A DNA stretch of 64,000 nucleotides from an uncultured virus (IMG/VR IMGVR_UViG_3300021256_003716) (IMGVR_UViG_3300021256_003716); one strand, 5' to 3'. Counted from the stretch's first letter, positions 39,060 through 48,224 are shown. Numbers and translations are program-made. Notes: a model not told the origin generated them from the letters alone.

Positions 39060-40235
39060 ATGTTTGATATAAATGGAAAATATGGCTCAGCAAAAGTTTA
39101 TGCGGAAACAATTGATGATGCTTGTATTTCACAGATTTATGGATTTTTAAATAATCCTATTACAGAAAATGTAAAAGTAGCAGTAATGCCAGATGCTAAT
39201 GTTGGCAAAGGCAGTACAGTTGGTTTTACACAAGAAATTAAAGATAAAGTAAATCCAAGTATGGTCAGTGTTGATATTGGATGTGGCATGTTGGTATGCA
39301 AAGTATCTAAAGAATATCATATGGATTTACCAAAGTTAGATAAAGTAATTCACCAGCAAATTCCTAGTGGCTTAAAGCACTGTGATAAGGTAAGCCTTTT
39401 TGCTAAGAATATCGACTTAAAAGGTCTTATTGCGGATGTAAATTACAATAAGGAAATTTTAGGTCTTTCATCACTCGGAGGTGGTAACCACTTCATTGAG
39501 GTAGATAAAGATCAAGAAGGTGATTACTATATTGTAATCCATTCTGGATCAAGACACTTAGGTGTTGCAGTTTGTGAGTATTGGGAAAAAGTAGCTAATA
39601 ATTTTCATAAGAAGCTAGCGGTAAAGAAATCAGAGTTGATTAATGCTAAAAATGAAAAAGCGTTAGCAGAATTGCCACCAGTAGTAACTTCTTATGGATT
39701 ATCTTATTTAATGGGAGAAGACCTAAAAGGTTATCTACATGATATGAAGATTACACAGGAGTTTGCAAGGCTTAACCGTGAAGCAATGCTTGATGTAATT
39801 CTTACTGAAATGGGAATTAAGAAGCGATATATTTTGGATAAGTTTTGTACTATCCATAATTATATCGACTTAAATAAAATGGTTTTAAGAAAGGGCGCAA
39901 TTTCTCTTGAAAAAGGTGAAAGAGCAATAATTCCAATTTCTATGGCATATGGCTCTTTAATTGTAGAAGGCAAAGGAAACCCTGATTGGAACTTTTCTGG
40001 ACCACATGGGGCAGGAAGACTTTTATCAAGGTCAGACGCTAAAAATTCTATTTCTATGGAAGACTATAAGAAATCTATGGAAGGAATTTATACAACTTGC
40101 GTAAAAGCTTCAACAGTAGATGAGTCACCAATGGCTTATAAAAATCCTGATGAGATTATTAGAGCTATTGATGGTACAGCAACAATTATAAAGACAATAC
40201 ACCCTATTTATAACTTTAAGGCCGGTAGTGATTAA
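39060..40235 (+). CDS. rtcB: RtcB RNA ligase (2',3'-cyclic phosphate / 5'-OH)
   Basis: MPD, DIGCG, GGGNHF, HSGSR, HNY, RKGA, HGAGR, DESPMAYK. Confidence 0.95.
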   Translation: MFDINGKYGSAKVYAETIDDACISQIYGFLNNPITENVKVAVMPDANVGKGSTVGFTQEIKDKVNPSMVSVDIGCGMLVCKVSKEYHMDLPKLDKVIHQQIPSGLKHCDKVSLFAKNIDLKGLIADVNYNKEILGLSSLGGGNHFIEVDKDQEGDYYIVIHSGSRHLGVAVCEYWEKVANNFHKKLAVKKSELINAKNEKALAELPPVVTSYGLSYLMGEDLKGYLHDMKITQEFARLNREAMLDVILTEMGIKKRYILDKFCTIHNYIDLNKMVLRKGAISLEKGERAIIPISMAYGSLIVEGKGNPDWNFSGPHGAGRLLSRSDAKNSISMEDYKKSMEGIYTTCVKASTVDESPMAYKNPDEIIRAIDGTATIIKTIHPIYNFKAGSD

Positions 40236-40527
40236 AATGGAAAGACCTAGAATTAAGTTTAAGAACTTTTGGTTATGGTTTAGCGATCAGGTATTACGTA
40301 AGAAAGCTTTTTATAACTTTTTTATAAGTAAAAATGCCTGGGGTGCTTTTAGTATCAACTCACATATTAGGGGTGATAATCAGCAACCAAAAGTTACATA
40401 TAATACTAAAAAATCTGCGCTTAAAGCGGCAGAAAGTATGGGTAAAAAGTATAATAAACATTTTTCAGTGTATAAATGTTTATTCTGTGATGGATATCAT
40501 ATTGGAAAAAATATGAATAATAAATAA
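40228..40527 (+). CDS. Hypothetical zinc-binding protein
   Basis: YKCLFCDGYHIG. Confidence 0.65.
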   Translation: MIKMERPRIKFKNFWLWFSDQVLRKKAFYNFFISKNAWGAFSINSHIRGDNQQPKVTYNTKKSALKAAESMGKKYNKHFSVYKCLFCDGYHIGKNMNNK

Positions 40528-40583
40528 CGTTTATAAATATAAACAAAATATAGCATAACGTTTGTTTTTACAAACGTTATCAC

Positions 40584-40657
40584 ACTCCAGTAGCTCAGCA
40601 GTCAGTAGCAGCATCCTTATAAGTTGTTGGTCGGTGGTGCAATTCCATCCTGGAGTA
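40584..40657 (+). tRNA. tRNA-Ile(TAT)
   Basis: ACTCCAG/CTGGAGT; loop CTTATAA. Confidence 0.75.
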
Positions 40658-40747
40658 TCTGAGGTAAACGGTAATTGGTACCCGCCCTGGCTTTGAACCA
40701 GTAGCGACCCAAAAGTTGCTCTGCAGGTCCGAATCCTGCCCTCAGAA
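40658..40747 (+). tRNA. tRNA-Gln(TTG), long variable arm
   Basis: TCTGAGG/CCTCAGA; loop CTTTGAA; AGCGAC/GTTGCT arm. Confidence 0.8.
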
Positions 40748-40759
40748 TATAAAACTTTT

Positions 40760-40788
40760 GAACCATAGCATAAGCTATGGTTCTTTTT
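40760..40788 (+). terminator. Intrinsic terminator ending the rtcB-tRNA unit
   Basis: GAACCATAGC-ATAA-GCTATGGTTC plus T tract. Confidence 0.8.
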
Positions 40789-40941
40789 AGCTACTGCTTA
40801 TTACTATAGTAATTTATATTACTGGTAATTAAATTGCTTTATAATCTGGAACTAAGCCAGATTTAGAAAAATCTGAAGAAAAACAGTTTAATTTTGGCAT
40901 TCTTAAAAATAGCTTACATATTATATATAATAGAGACGTTA

Positions 40942-41766
40942 ATGTATAAACCATTTATAGAATATAATAATAAGACAATAGCATTTTATCGTACTGTAGA
41001 AGACTGGAATTATGATAAAGAGCGTGAAGCAGCTTCGTATGACGGGCCTGTTGATGCAGGTGTAGTGCCTTCTATATGTCTTATAAGTAATTGGCTAGCG
41101 CCAAATACTTGGGCAGTTATTCCAGAATATGAAAAACTTAAAATTCAGCTAGTAGATGATAAATATATTAAAGTTTATGGTGCAGAAGAATATGACTTAG
41201 ATGAGTCTTTATTTAAGTATTTTTATGATGTAGATATTCCTAGTTCTGAAAGACTTGACTATAAAAGTAAAATGGAATATGTAATAACACATTTTCCAAA
41301 TTTACTTGAAGGTGAAATTAAATTTTTACCATTAAGTGAATGGGATACTAATCATAGTAAAGCTAAACCCAAGTCAAAAAAAGAAATGGTTGTACGACCG
41401 TTTTCAAATGTGCCCTATGCACCAAATCTTTTATATACTGTAATTAGAAATGATAGTCAACTTTGTAGCTGTGTTAAGCCTGGTTATAAAATAAGATTGC
41501 CTAATGTTCCTGGAAGTTGTACACTTTGCTATTGGAAAGATGATGATTTGTATACAGAATGTTATCAAATAGCAAAAAGTATGCGTCCTGAAAATTGGCA
41601 AGATAAAATTTTGGTTGAGTTTGATGATGCGGAAGTAAGAAGATTATTAATTGCAAATGCTGAAGATGCAATTAAGCATTATGAAAATGAAAAAAAGGAA
41701 GCTGAAAAAATTATTAGTGAAAATAAAAATCGTATAGCAGAACTTAAAAAAGGTGCTGCGATATAA
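40942..41766 (+). CDS. Hypothetical protein
   Basis: ORF track. Confidence 0.7.
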   Translation: MYKPFIEYNNKTIAFYRTVEDWNYDKEREAASYDGPVDAGVVPSICLISNWLAPNTWAVIPEYEKLKIQLVDDKYIKVYGAEEYDLDESLFKYFYDVDIPSSERLDYKSKMEYVITHFPNLLEGEIKFLPLSEWDTNHSKAKPKSKKEMVVRPFSNVPYAPNLLYTVIRNDSQLCSCVKPGYKIRLPNVPGSCTLCYWKDDDLYTECYQIAKSMRPENWQDKILVEFDDAEVRRLLIANAEDAIKHYENEKKEAEKIISENKNRIAELKKGAAI

Positions 41767-41831
41767 TAGTGGTTCGAATTCTATTTCTAGAATAATCTTA
41801 AAAATTTTTTTAAGTTTACAAATATATAAAT

Positions 41832-42434
41832 ATGATTGAACTTAGAGAAAATAAAGAAAAAGATGACTTTGCTAAAGGTCGCGTTTTAATTTGGGATAAG
41901 CTACCTCGCATTCATAAACTTTGGAAAAATGAATCGGAACGCCTTAAATTAGAATGTGCAATAATGCTGGATAATCAAACTTCATTTTTAGCTAGATTAT
42001 CTGATGATCAGCTTGATGATTTATTAGAAAAGCATCATTTTGAATCAGCTGAAGAATGTTTAGAAAATGTAATTCAGCTTTATAAAGATTTTTCTAAAAA
42101 AGAAAATCTTGATGTAGTTGCATTACAAACTGGAAGGGATGCTATACCATATAGAAATGCTGTTAGAGATGCTGATTATATGGTTTCATGTCGTGAAACG
42201 TCCTATGAAGCTATAGATGTAGTACTTAAAGCTGCCAAGCATGCAGTTTTAGGTATATTGGTTCCATTTATGACCTCTAGGCAAAATAAACCTTGTATGT
42301 TTGCAGACTGGTTTTTGAGCGATATAAAAAAAGATGCGGATGCATCAGCGTTAATTGAGCCATTACCAGAAGGTGCCCAAGCAGCTATTTATGAGAGTGA
42401 TGAACCTTACAAAAGTGAAGAAAGCTTTAAGTAA
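41832..42434 (+). CDS. Hypothetical protein
   Basis: ORF track. Confidence 0.7.
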   Translation: MIELRENKEKDDFAKGRVLIWDKLPRIHKLWKNESERLKLECAIMLDNQTSFLARLSDDQLDDLLEKHHFESAEECLENVIQLYKDFSKKENLDVVALQTGRDAIPYRNAVRDADYMVSCRETSYEAIDVVLKAAKHAVLGILVPFMTSRQNKPCMFADWFLSDIKKDADASALIEPLPEGAQAAIYESDEPYKSEESFK

Positions 42435-42470
42435 CTAATTATTTTAATATTAAATATGGAGAATGTTGAT

Positions 42471-42563
42471 ATGACAATGGTAAGAACAAACAGAACAATT
42501 ACTCGTCGTAGACGTATCACACGTCGTAGATATGTCATGTCTTTATGCGAACTCCAGATTTAA
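42471..42563 (+). CDS. Attenuator leader peptide E (30 aa)
   Basis: GGAG RBS; MTMVRTNRTITRRRRITRRRYVMSLCELQI. Confidence 0.8.
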   Translation: MTMVRTNRTITRRRRITRRRYVMSLCELQI

Positions 42564-42587
42564 ATTTTTGATAATTTGAATTTTAGC

Positions 42588-42614
42588 AGGCAGTTCGCAA
42601 GAACTGCCTTTTTT
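42588..42614 (+). terminator. Attenuator E terminator
   Basis: AGGCAGTTC-GCAA-GAACTGCCT plus T tract. Antiterminator strand at 42546-42553. Confidence 0.85.
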
Positions 42615-42619
42615 ATTTT

Positions 42620-42692
42620 GTGGGTATAGCCTAGCGAATGAGGCACTGGTTTGCGGAGCCAGTCAAGGTAGGTTTGACTCCTATTACCCACA
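42620..42692 (+). tRNA. tRNA-Arg(GCG)
   Basis: CTGGT-TTGCGGA-GCCAG. Confidence 0.8.
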
Positions 42693-42699
42693 CTTTTTT

Positions 42700-42779
42700 C
42701 GGGGTGGTGAGCGGCTGGACGCTCGGTAGTCTTCTAAACTACAGCGAAAGCATTGCAGGTTCGACTCCTGTCACCCTGA
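42700..42779 (+). tRNA. tRNA-Arg(TCT)
   Basis: GTAGT-CTTCTAA-ACTAC. Confidence 0.8.
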
Positions 42780-42785
42780 TATTTT

Positions 42786-42859
42786 GCAAGTATAGAGCAA
42801 CTGGATAACTCACGAAGCTACGAACTTCGGAATTGCGGGTTCGAATCCTGCTACTTGCA
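42786..42859 (+). tRNA. tRNA-Arg(ACG)
   Basis: CGAAG-CTACGAA-CTTCG. Confidence 0.9.
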
Positions 42860-42864
42860 TTTTT

Positions 42865-42944
42865 CGGAATGTAGCCGAGTCAGTTTCCTAAACTGGTAAT
42901 CGTAACTGGAGCTGCAAATGCGTGTTCGATCCACGTCGTTCCGA
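42865..42944 (+). tRNA. D-armless tRNA-Arg(CCT)-like
   Basis: CGGAATG/CGTTCCG; TCAGT-TTCCTAA-ACTGG; only 8 nt where the D arm should be. Confidence 0.6.
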
Positions 42945-42951
42945 TATAATT

Positions 42952-43022
42952 GCTGACTTGTCTTAGTGGTTGAGGCCAAGATTCGTAATCTTGAGAGATT
43001 GGTTCGATTCCAATAGTCAGCT
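42952..43022 (+). tRNA. tRNA-Thr(CGT)
   Basis: CAAGA-TTCGTAA-TCTTG. Confidence 0.85.
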
Positions 43023-43033
43023 CTTAAATATTT

Positions 43034-43106
43034 GTGTCTATGGTCTAGTGGATTGGGCGCTGGTCTTCGAAACCAGTTGAGGCAAGTTCGATTCTTGCTA
43101 GACACA
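43034..43106 (+). tRNA. tRNA-Arg(TCG)
   Basis: CTGGT-CTTCGAA-ACCAG. Confidence 0.9.
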
Positions 43107-43229
43107 TAAAAAATTATTTTATAGGAAAATGTGAAAATGAAAGGAAAACCTAAACGAAAAATTAAATTAAAATTTTAAGGGCTCTGTTAGGCAATCCTAT
43201 GTCCTGACAATCCCTGAGGAGAAACTAGA

Positions 43230-43457
43230 ATGTCAGGACATTCACACGCAAAAAATGTTGGTGCGTCTAAATCTAAGAATGACGCAAAGAAATCGGCTCT
43301 TTATTCAAAATTGAGTAAAGAAATCACACAAGCAGTAATTGAAAATGGCGATAATCCACAATACAATTACAAACTTCGTTCCTTATTAGAAAAAGCTAGA
43401 AAAGAAGGAATGAAAAAGGATACTATAGAAAAAGCAATTAAAAACGGTAAAAAATAA
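43230..43457 (+). CDS. yebC: YebC/PmpR-family N-terminal domain only (75 aa)
   Basis: MSGHS..K..NDAKK..SKL.KEI..NPQYN.KLR..KAR..M.KDTIEKAI. Confidence 0.8.
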   Translation: MSGHSHAKNVGASKSKNDAKKSALYSKLSKEITQAVIENGDNPQYNYKLRSLLEKARKEGMKKDTIEKAIKNGKK

Positions 43458-43461
43458 AATT

Positions 43462-43490
43462 AAAAGCCACCGTAAAAGGTGGCTTTATTT
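43462..43490. terminator. Bidirectional terminator
   Basis: AAAGCCACC/GGTGGCTTT between convergent genes. Confidence 0.75.
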
Positions 43491-45449
43491 TTATTCTTCA
43501 GGAGTTTCTTCTTCTGGCTCAATTATTGTATCATTTTCGTCATACTCTACTTGAATATCTGTAGTGATATCCTCATCTACTTCAAATGTTAAAGTACCAA
43601 AAATATGGGCATTAAATTGGCCAGTAAATGGATACCCATCAATTTTTGCTTTATAAGTAATAGTATTATAGCTACGAGGTAGATCTATATCAACTGAAGC
43701 ATTATCACTTATATTTTTTAAGTCAAAAGATATATAAAATTTATCAGAATCTTCCTTAAAAGAAGCTACTCTTGCTGATATATTACTTATATCAGATGAT
43801 GCAAATCCATTAAAATTCTTAAAAGTAACATTTGGAGAACTAGAGCTAATTTGAACATCTTCTAATTCAAAAGTATGTTCATAATTAGGATTTACCCTGA
43901 TTAAATCATCTATATAAAAGTTTATATTTGTATTTCTATCTTCTACCACTATAGTTTGACTTATATCTATCTCTGGAATAGTTATTAGTTTTACATAAGG
44001 CGTATCTTTTCTAAGGTTTGTCTGTCCATCTATCCAAAGTTCAAATCCAGTAGAAGTAGGCAGTGTTGTGGATTCATCTCTAATAGGCAATGCAATAGAT
44101 TTATGTACACCTCTACAGTCTATAATAAGTTTACTTTGCTCTATATTTATTACACCAACTTCTTCAGCAGAAAGCGAAAATTTATTTATGTGTCCAGCTG
44201 AAAGGTCCGGCGCAATAATGGTAGCATTACCTAATTTTTTAAGGCTTAAAGTAGCATTATAAAAGGTTCCCTCTTTTATTTCTAGATTATCTATAATTAA
44301 ATTCGAGTCATGGAATGGATATTTAGAAGTGCTACCCGTAACATATGCATCTAATTTATCTATTATACAATTTTTTAAGCGGGTATTATATGGTTGATTA
44401 TATATACAGACGCTACTAGTACTAGTAGGTGCATAATAATTTTTTATATACAAATTATCAATTGTAATGTCACCAACATTATATAGGAGCCTAACATTAT
44501 TAATATTGCCCACTTTTATAGTATTTATTTTATCTATTCTAATATTTGAAAATATATAATTTTGAATAGTACAGTCATCCGGTAAAATAATACTCTCTAT
44601 AGATATTGGAGTATCATTAGTTGATATACCATAACCAGATATAAAACTAGTTAATGATTTTAAATTTAAAAGATTATCTAATTTTGGTAATTTTTTAATA
44701 GGCTTACATGCATTACTTCTCGTAATAAAATATCTAATTTCTGTTGCATTACTAAGATCAACCGTACTGAAGTCTATTAAATTTCTATTATCTCCGAAAG
44801 TAGATGTGAAACTCATAATATTTGAAAAATCTAAATTACTAATATCTTCTAAAGATAGCCAATTGTTAAATAATTCATTAGTTTTTATTAAATTTTTTGG
44901 AAGTTGTGGTAATTTAGTAATACTCTCATATCTATTAAGCCATGCATATCCACTTTGATAGTAAATTTTTCCGTTATATGTACAATAAAGAGTACCAGAT
45001 TCATCGGATGTATCAAAAATATCTTTTAGTTTTAAGTTGGATGCGTCTATTTTATAACCAGTGGGTATTTTACTAAAAATCATTGTGAGCTCACCAAGAT
45101 TTGTAACTGTATCCCTATTATAGAGCTCAATTGGTCGATCTTTGTCTACTTCTGACATTCTTGTTGTATTGGCTAGAAAGTCATCTCTTATTTTATTTCT
45201 AGCAAAATAATACCAATTTACTTTATCCTTATAAGAATAATTTGTACCATGCGCCTCATTACCATATAGGTCAAGCTTACTTATATCTGCAACTACACAT
45301 GGGTCTAATTCATATTTCTTATCTATAACATTTTGCCAGTCGTTATCAAAATCGCTTTTATGAAATTCAAAGACATTTTGACCATAACCTCTAACATATA
45401 CATCTTCTGCAGTTGATCTAATACTTTTAATAGAATAAAATAACTTCAT
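43491..45449 (-). CDS. Hypothetical LRR/beta-solenoid protein, possibly virion-associated
   Basis: 652 aa with BspA-like repeats (LFNNWLSLEDISNLDFSNI). Confidence 0.6.
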   Translation of the reverse strand: MKLFYSIKSIRSTAEDVYVRGYGQNVFEFHKSDFDNDWQNVIDKKYELDPCVVADISKLDLYGNEAHGTNYSYKDKVNWYYFARNKIRDDFLANTTRMSEVDKDRPIELYNRDTVTNLGELTMIFSKIPTGYKIDASNLKLKDIFDTSDESGTLYCTYNGKIYYQSGYAWLNRYESITKLPQLPKNLIKTNELFNNWLSLEDISNLDFSNIMSFTSTFGDNRNLIDFSTVDLSNATEIRYFITRSNACKPIKKLPKLDNLLNLKSLTSFISGYGISTNDTPISIESIILPDDCTIQNYIFSNIRIDKINTIKVGNINNVRLLYNVGDITIDNLYIKNYYAPTSTSSVCIYNQPYNTRLKNCIIDKLDAYVTGSTSKYPFHDSNLIIDNLEIKEGTFYNATLSLKKLGNATIIAPDLSAGHINKFSLSAEEVGVINIEQSKLIIDCRGVHKSIALPIRDESTTLPTSTGFELWIDGQTNLRKDTPYVKLITIPEIDISQTIVVEDRNTNINFYIDDLIRVNPNYEHTFELEDVQISSSSPNVTFKNFNGFASSDISNISARVASFKEDSDKFYISFDLKNISDNASVDIDLPRSYNTITYKAKIDGYPFTGQFNAHIFGTLTFEVDEDITTDIQVEYDENDTIIEPEEETPEE

Positions 45450-45509
45450 ATTTAAAGTTAGTATTCAGAAAAAAAATAGGCTGTATATTTACAGCCTATT
45501 TTAATAATT

Positions 45510-45827
45510 CTAATTTGTTTTTTCCATTGTTGGCTCAGTTGAATCTATATCTACAATATCCAAGTTTGGTCGTTCTTCAAAAGTATTTGGAACAATAAAG
45601 ATATGCTCATCGCCCTCCAAGAATGATTTACCAATCAATTGTTTAATAGAACAAATAATTTTTCCTTCTCCAACTAGCACAGTCGGGGTATCTTGATCAA
45701 AAGCATTGTCTATAATAACTTCATCATATTCACAAAGTGGAATGAAATATTGCCATTTATGAGTAAGATTATTCTTAAATAAATAAGCTTTACTATTAAA
45801 TTTTTTAACATATTCTGTAACCGTCAT
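45510..45827 (-). CDS. Hypothetical protein
   Basis: ORF track. Confidence 0.65.
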   Translation of the reverse strand: MTVTEYVKKFNSKAYLFKNNLTHKWQYFIPLCEYDEVIIDNAFDQDTPTVLVGEGKIICSIKQLIGKSFLEGDEHIFIVPNTFEERPNLDIVDIDSTEPTMEKTN

Positions 45828-45839
45828 TTAAGTATTCCT

Positions 45840-48224
45840 TTAATCTGTATAATCAATTTCAAATTCGGGATTTTCGAGAACATCGTAATTTTCCCAAAGT
45901 TTAACATTATTTCTTAATAAATCATTAGATTGTATATAAACATCAATACCAGCATTTTTGTTAGCATATTGTCCATAAATTGCAGTCACTTGAGACCTTG
46001 TAGTATAATCAGGCGTTGGAAAATAGAAAGTATGCTTTCTTGTATGTGCCCATTCAGCCCAAGAATCTTGTATACAATAATTTGAGGTTAAGGAACTACC
46101 TCTTTCACAATAAATATTTATAATATTACTTTCTGAAAAAGTATAGCCCGCAAAAGCTCTAATGGATTTAGGTAAGAAAATAGTTTTAATACGTGAACCA
46201 GCAAAGACGCCAATATAGTCCGTATTCCATGTTGTCTGTCCTAATACTTCCATTTCTGGATTAAAATGTACTTCTCGTAAGAATGAACAATGCATAAAAG
46301 TTCGTGCTCCAGAAGTGGTAACATTATGCGGATAATAAAAAGCGCGAAGTCCTACGCAATAAATGAATAACTGTGTTAAGTCCGCATCTGCAGTCCAGTC
46401 TGTATATCCAGATTCCATAGTACAACTACTTAAATCAACTACTATCTGTGTATTAGAATTTTCACGTATATTTGCAGCAATAGTTAGTAAGGTGGCTTTA
46501 GTAACTGTACCATTAAGTCTTAATATATGCGGCGAGCCATCCTCACCAGTAGGATCAAGCCCTTGAATTACATCTCCAACTATGCCTGCTTCTTCACTAC
46601 CACCAAGTGTAGGATAGTCAACTTTTACATAGTACCAATCGATAGAACCAGTTTCATTTATAAAATAAATATCTTTTGCAGCGCCAGTATAAGAGTATTT
46701 AACTTCCGTTATACCAGTTCTACTAAGTTGTGCAGAAACAGATTTATTCCATAAACTATCAGAAGTATTTAATGTCTCCGTAATCCTAAGATTTGAAGCG
46801 GTACTACCCGGTCTTGATGCGCCAACTGTAATTGTACAAGCGCCCTGAACCCTAAGGGATGCAAGAGGCTCGCTTGTATATGTTCTACCATTTACACGAA
46901 TAATACCATAATTATTGTAAGTTGGGCCTGCAGACCAAGTTGTTCTATTTGTGGTAATTAATTTTAATCCATCACCAAAGTCAAATCCTGAGTTATCCGC
47001 ATTATTTGTCCAATTACCCTTATCAGTAATAGCTTCTTGTTCAACAGTTACAGGATAGTATTCAATTCTGGTAACATAGTTACCAGAACCCTGGCGAATC
47101 CAGTAAATACCTTTGGAAAGCCCATCCCAGCGATATTCTTTAGTAACATGCGCAATATTTGGGTTTGCGGCTATATAACCACCACCGGGAATACGTTTAG
47201 AAAAGTCTGTGTTTCCATCATTATCAGAGCCATATAATACGATATTTGTATCAACATCATTCCAGTTTTTACAAGTAAACACGATAGAAGCATTATCCTG
47301 GTCGACTTCTACACGCCAAGGGGTAATATCACGTCCTTCTACAAGAACAGAGTTCCATTCTGGATGCTGGGTAATTGTTGCATTATTATTATTTGAAGGA
47401 TAAATACGAACAATGCCATAGTCGTAATAGCCATCACTATTAAGATTTGGCGCCTGACTGTTATCTACTGTAATGTCACTAGCAAATTCCCAAGTAACAT
47501 CTTTATAAGTTAAGAACTGGTAATCTATTACTTGCGTCCCTGTGTCTGAATCATCATCGAGTTCGATGATTTCAGACAAATCAGAGTCCTCATACTCTGT
47601 ATATGCGGGAGCAACAATAGAGTCGTCAACATGCTGCCACCCCGCAAAATAAATGCTGGCAGGTATGCCCGACTTAAATTTAATACCATAGTAGTATTCA
47701 TCATTATATTTGGCTAAAACTAATCTGGCTTTTTTATCAAAGGTTGTTGCGCCCTTCAAAAGTCTAGAGCCAGTAGAAGTTAATGAAATTTGGTAGTGTC
47801 CTAGAATTCCATTACCTACTTCTAAAATTTCTCCACCAACAACGGCTGGTGTGTCAGACACCATTGCGCTACTTGTTGTGTCGCCCTCTGCTTTAGTTTG
47901 CTTAAAAAGTAGGAATACAGTATTATTTTCAGAAGTTTCGCCTACTTTAGACTGGGACTTCCAATCAATACCTTCATGGTCAGCGCGAGTTGTTACTGAG
48001 TCAACAACAATGTCACTTTTTAATGCAATTTGATTTTTTTCATTTTTGATTATGTTATTGTGATCTACCGCTGTAAGAGGTAAGGCCTTACGATTTAATA
48101 CAATATTAAGGTCTTTTTTATCCCTATTGTATAATAGAGCGCGGTCCAATAACTGTTCTGCAGCTGTCTCTTCATACTCATCAGTACAAGTGGCAGTTAG
48201 AACTTGGTTAATGCCATTTCCCAT
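45840..48224 (-). CDS. Putative virion/adhesin protein with C-terminal BspA-type LRR
   Basis: TFMHCSFLREVHF, IKTIFLPKSIRAFAGYTF. Confidence 0.6.
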   Translation of the reverse strand: MGNGINQVLTATCTDEYEETAAEQLLDRALLYNRDKKDLNIVLNRKALPLTAVDHNNIIKNEKNQIALKSDIVVDSVTTRADHEGIDWKSQSKVGETSENNTVFLLFKQTKAEGDTTSSAMVSDTPAVVGGEILEVGNGILGHYQISLTSTGSRLLKGATTFDKKARLVLAKYNDEYYYGIKFKSGIPASIYFAGWQHVDDSIVAPAYTEYEDSDLSEIIELDDDSDTGTQVIDYQFLTYKDVTWEFASDITVDNSQAPNLNSDGYYDYGIVRIYPSNNNNATITQHPEWNSVLVEGRDITPWRVEVDQDNASIVFTCKNWNDVDTNIVLYGSDNDGNTDFSKRIPGGGYIAANPNIAHVTKEYRWDGLSKGIYWIRQGSGNYVTRIEYYPVTVEQEAITDKGNWTNNADNSGFDFGDGLKLITTNRTTWSAGPTYNNYGIIRVNGRTYTSEPLASLRVQGACTITVGASRPGSTASNLRITETLNTSDSLWNKSVSAQLSRTGITEVKYSYTGAAKDIYFINETGSIDWYYVKVDYPTLGGSEEAGIVGDVIQGLDPTGEDGSPHILRLNGTVTKATLLTIAANIRENSNTQIVVDLSSCTMESGYTDWTADADLTQLFIYCVGLRAFYYPHNVTTSGARTFMHCSFLREVHFNPEMEVLGQTTWNTDYIGVFAGSRIKTIFLPKSIRAFAGYTFSESNIINIYCERGSSLTSNYCIQDSWAEWAHTRKHTFYFPTPDYTTRSQVTAIYGQYANKNAGIDVYIQSNDLLRNNVKLWENYDVLENPEFEIDYTD

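Noticed and set aside
3170..43105. Track ORFs at 3170-, 16404-, 18361-, 23144-, 25948-, 33657+, 34394-, 37454-, 42851- and the N-terminal extension of 17021+
   Set aside because: They overlap tRNAs or structured RNAs and read as shadow translations.
44068..48033. Plus-strand short ORFs inside the large minus-strand genes
   Set aside because: They are antisense shadows of long ORFs.
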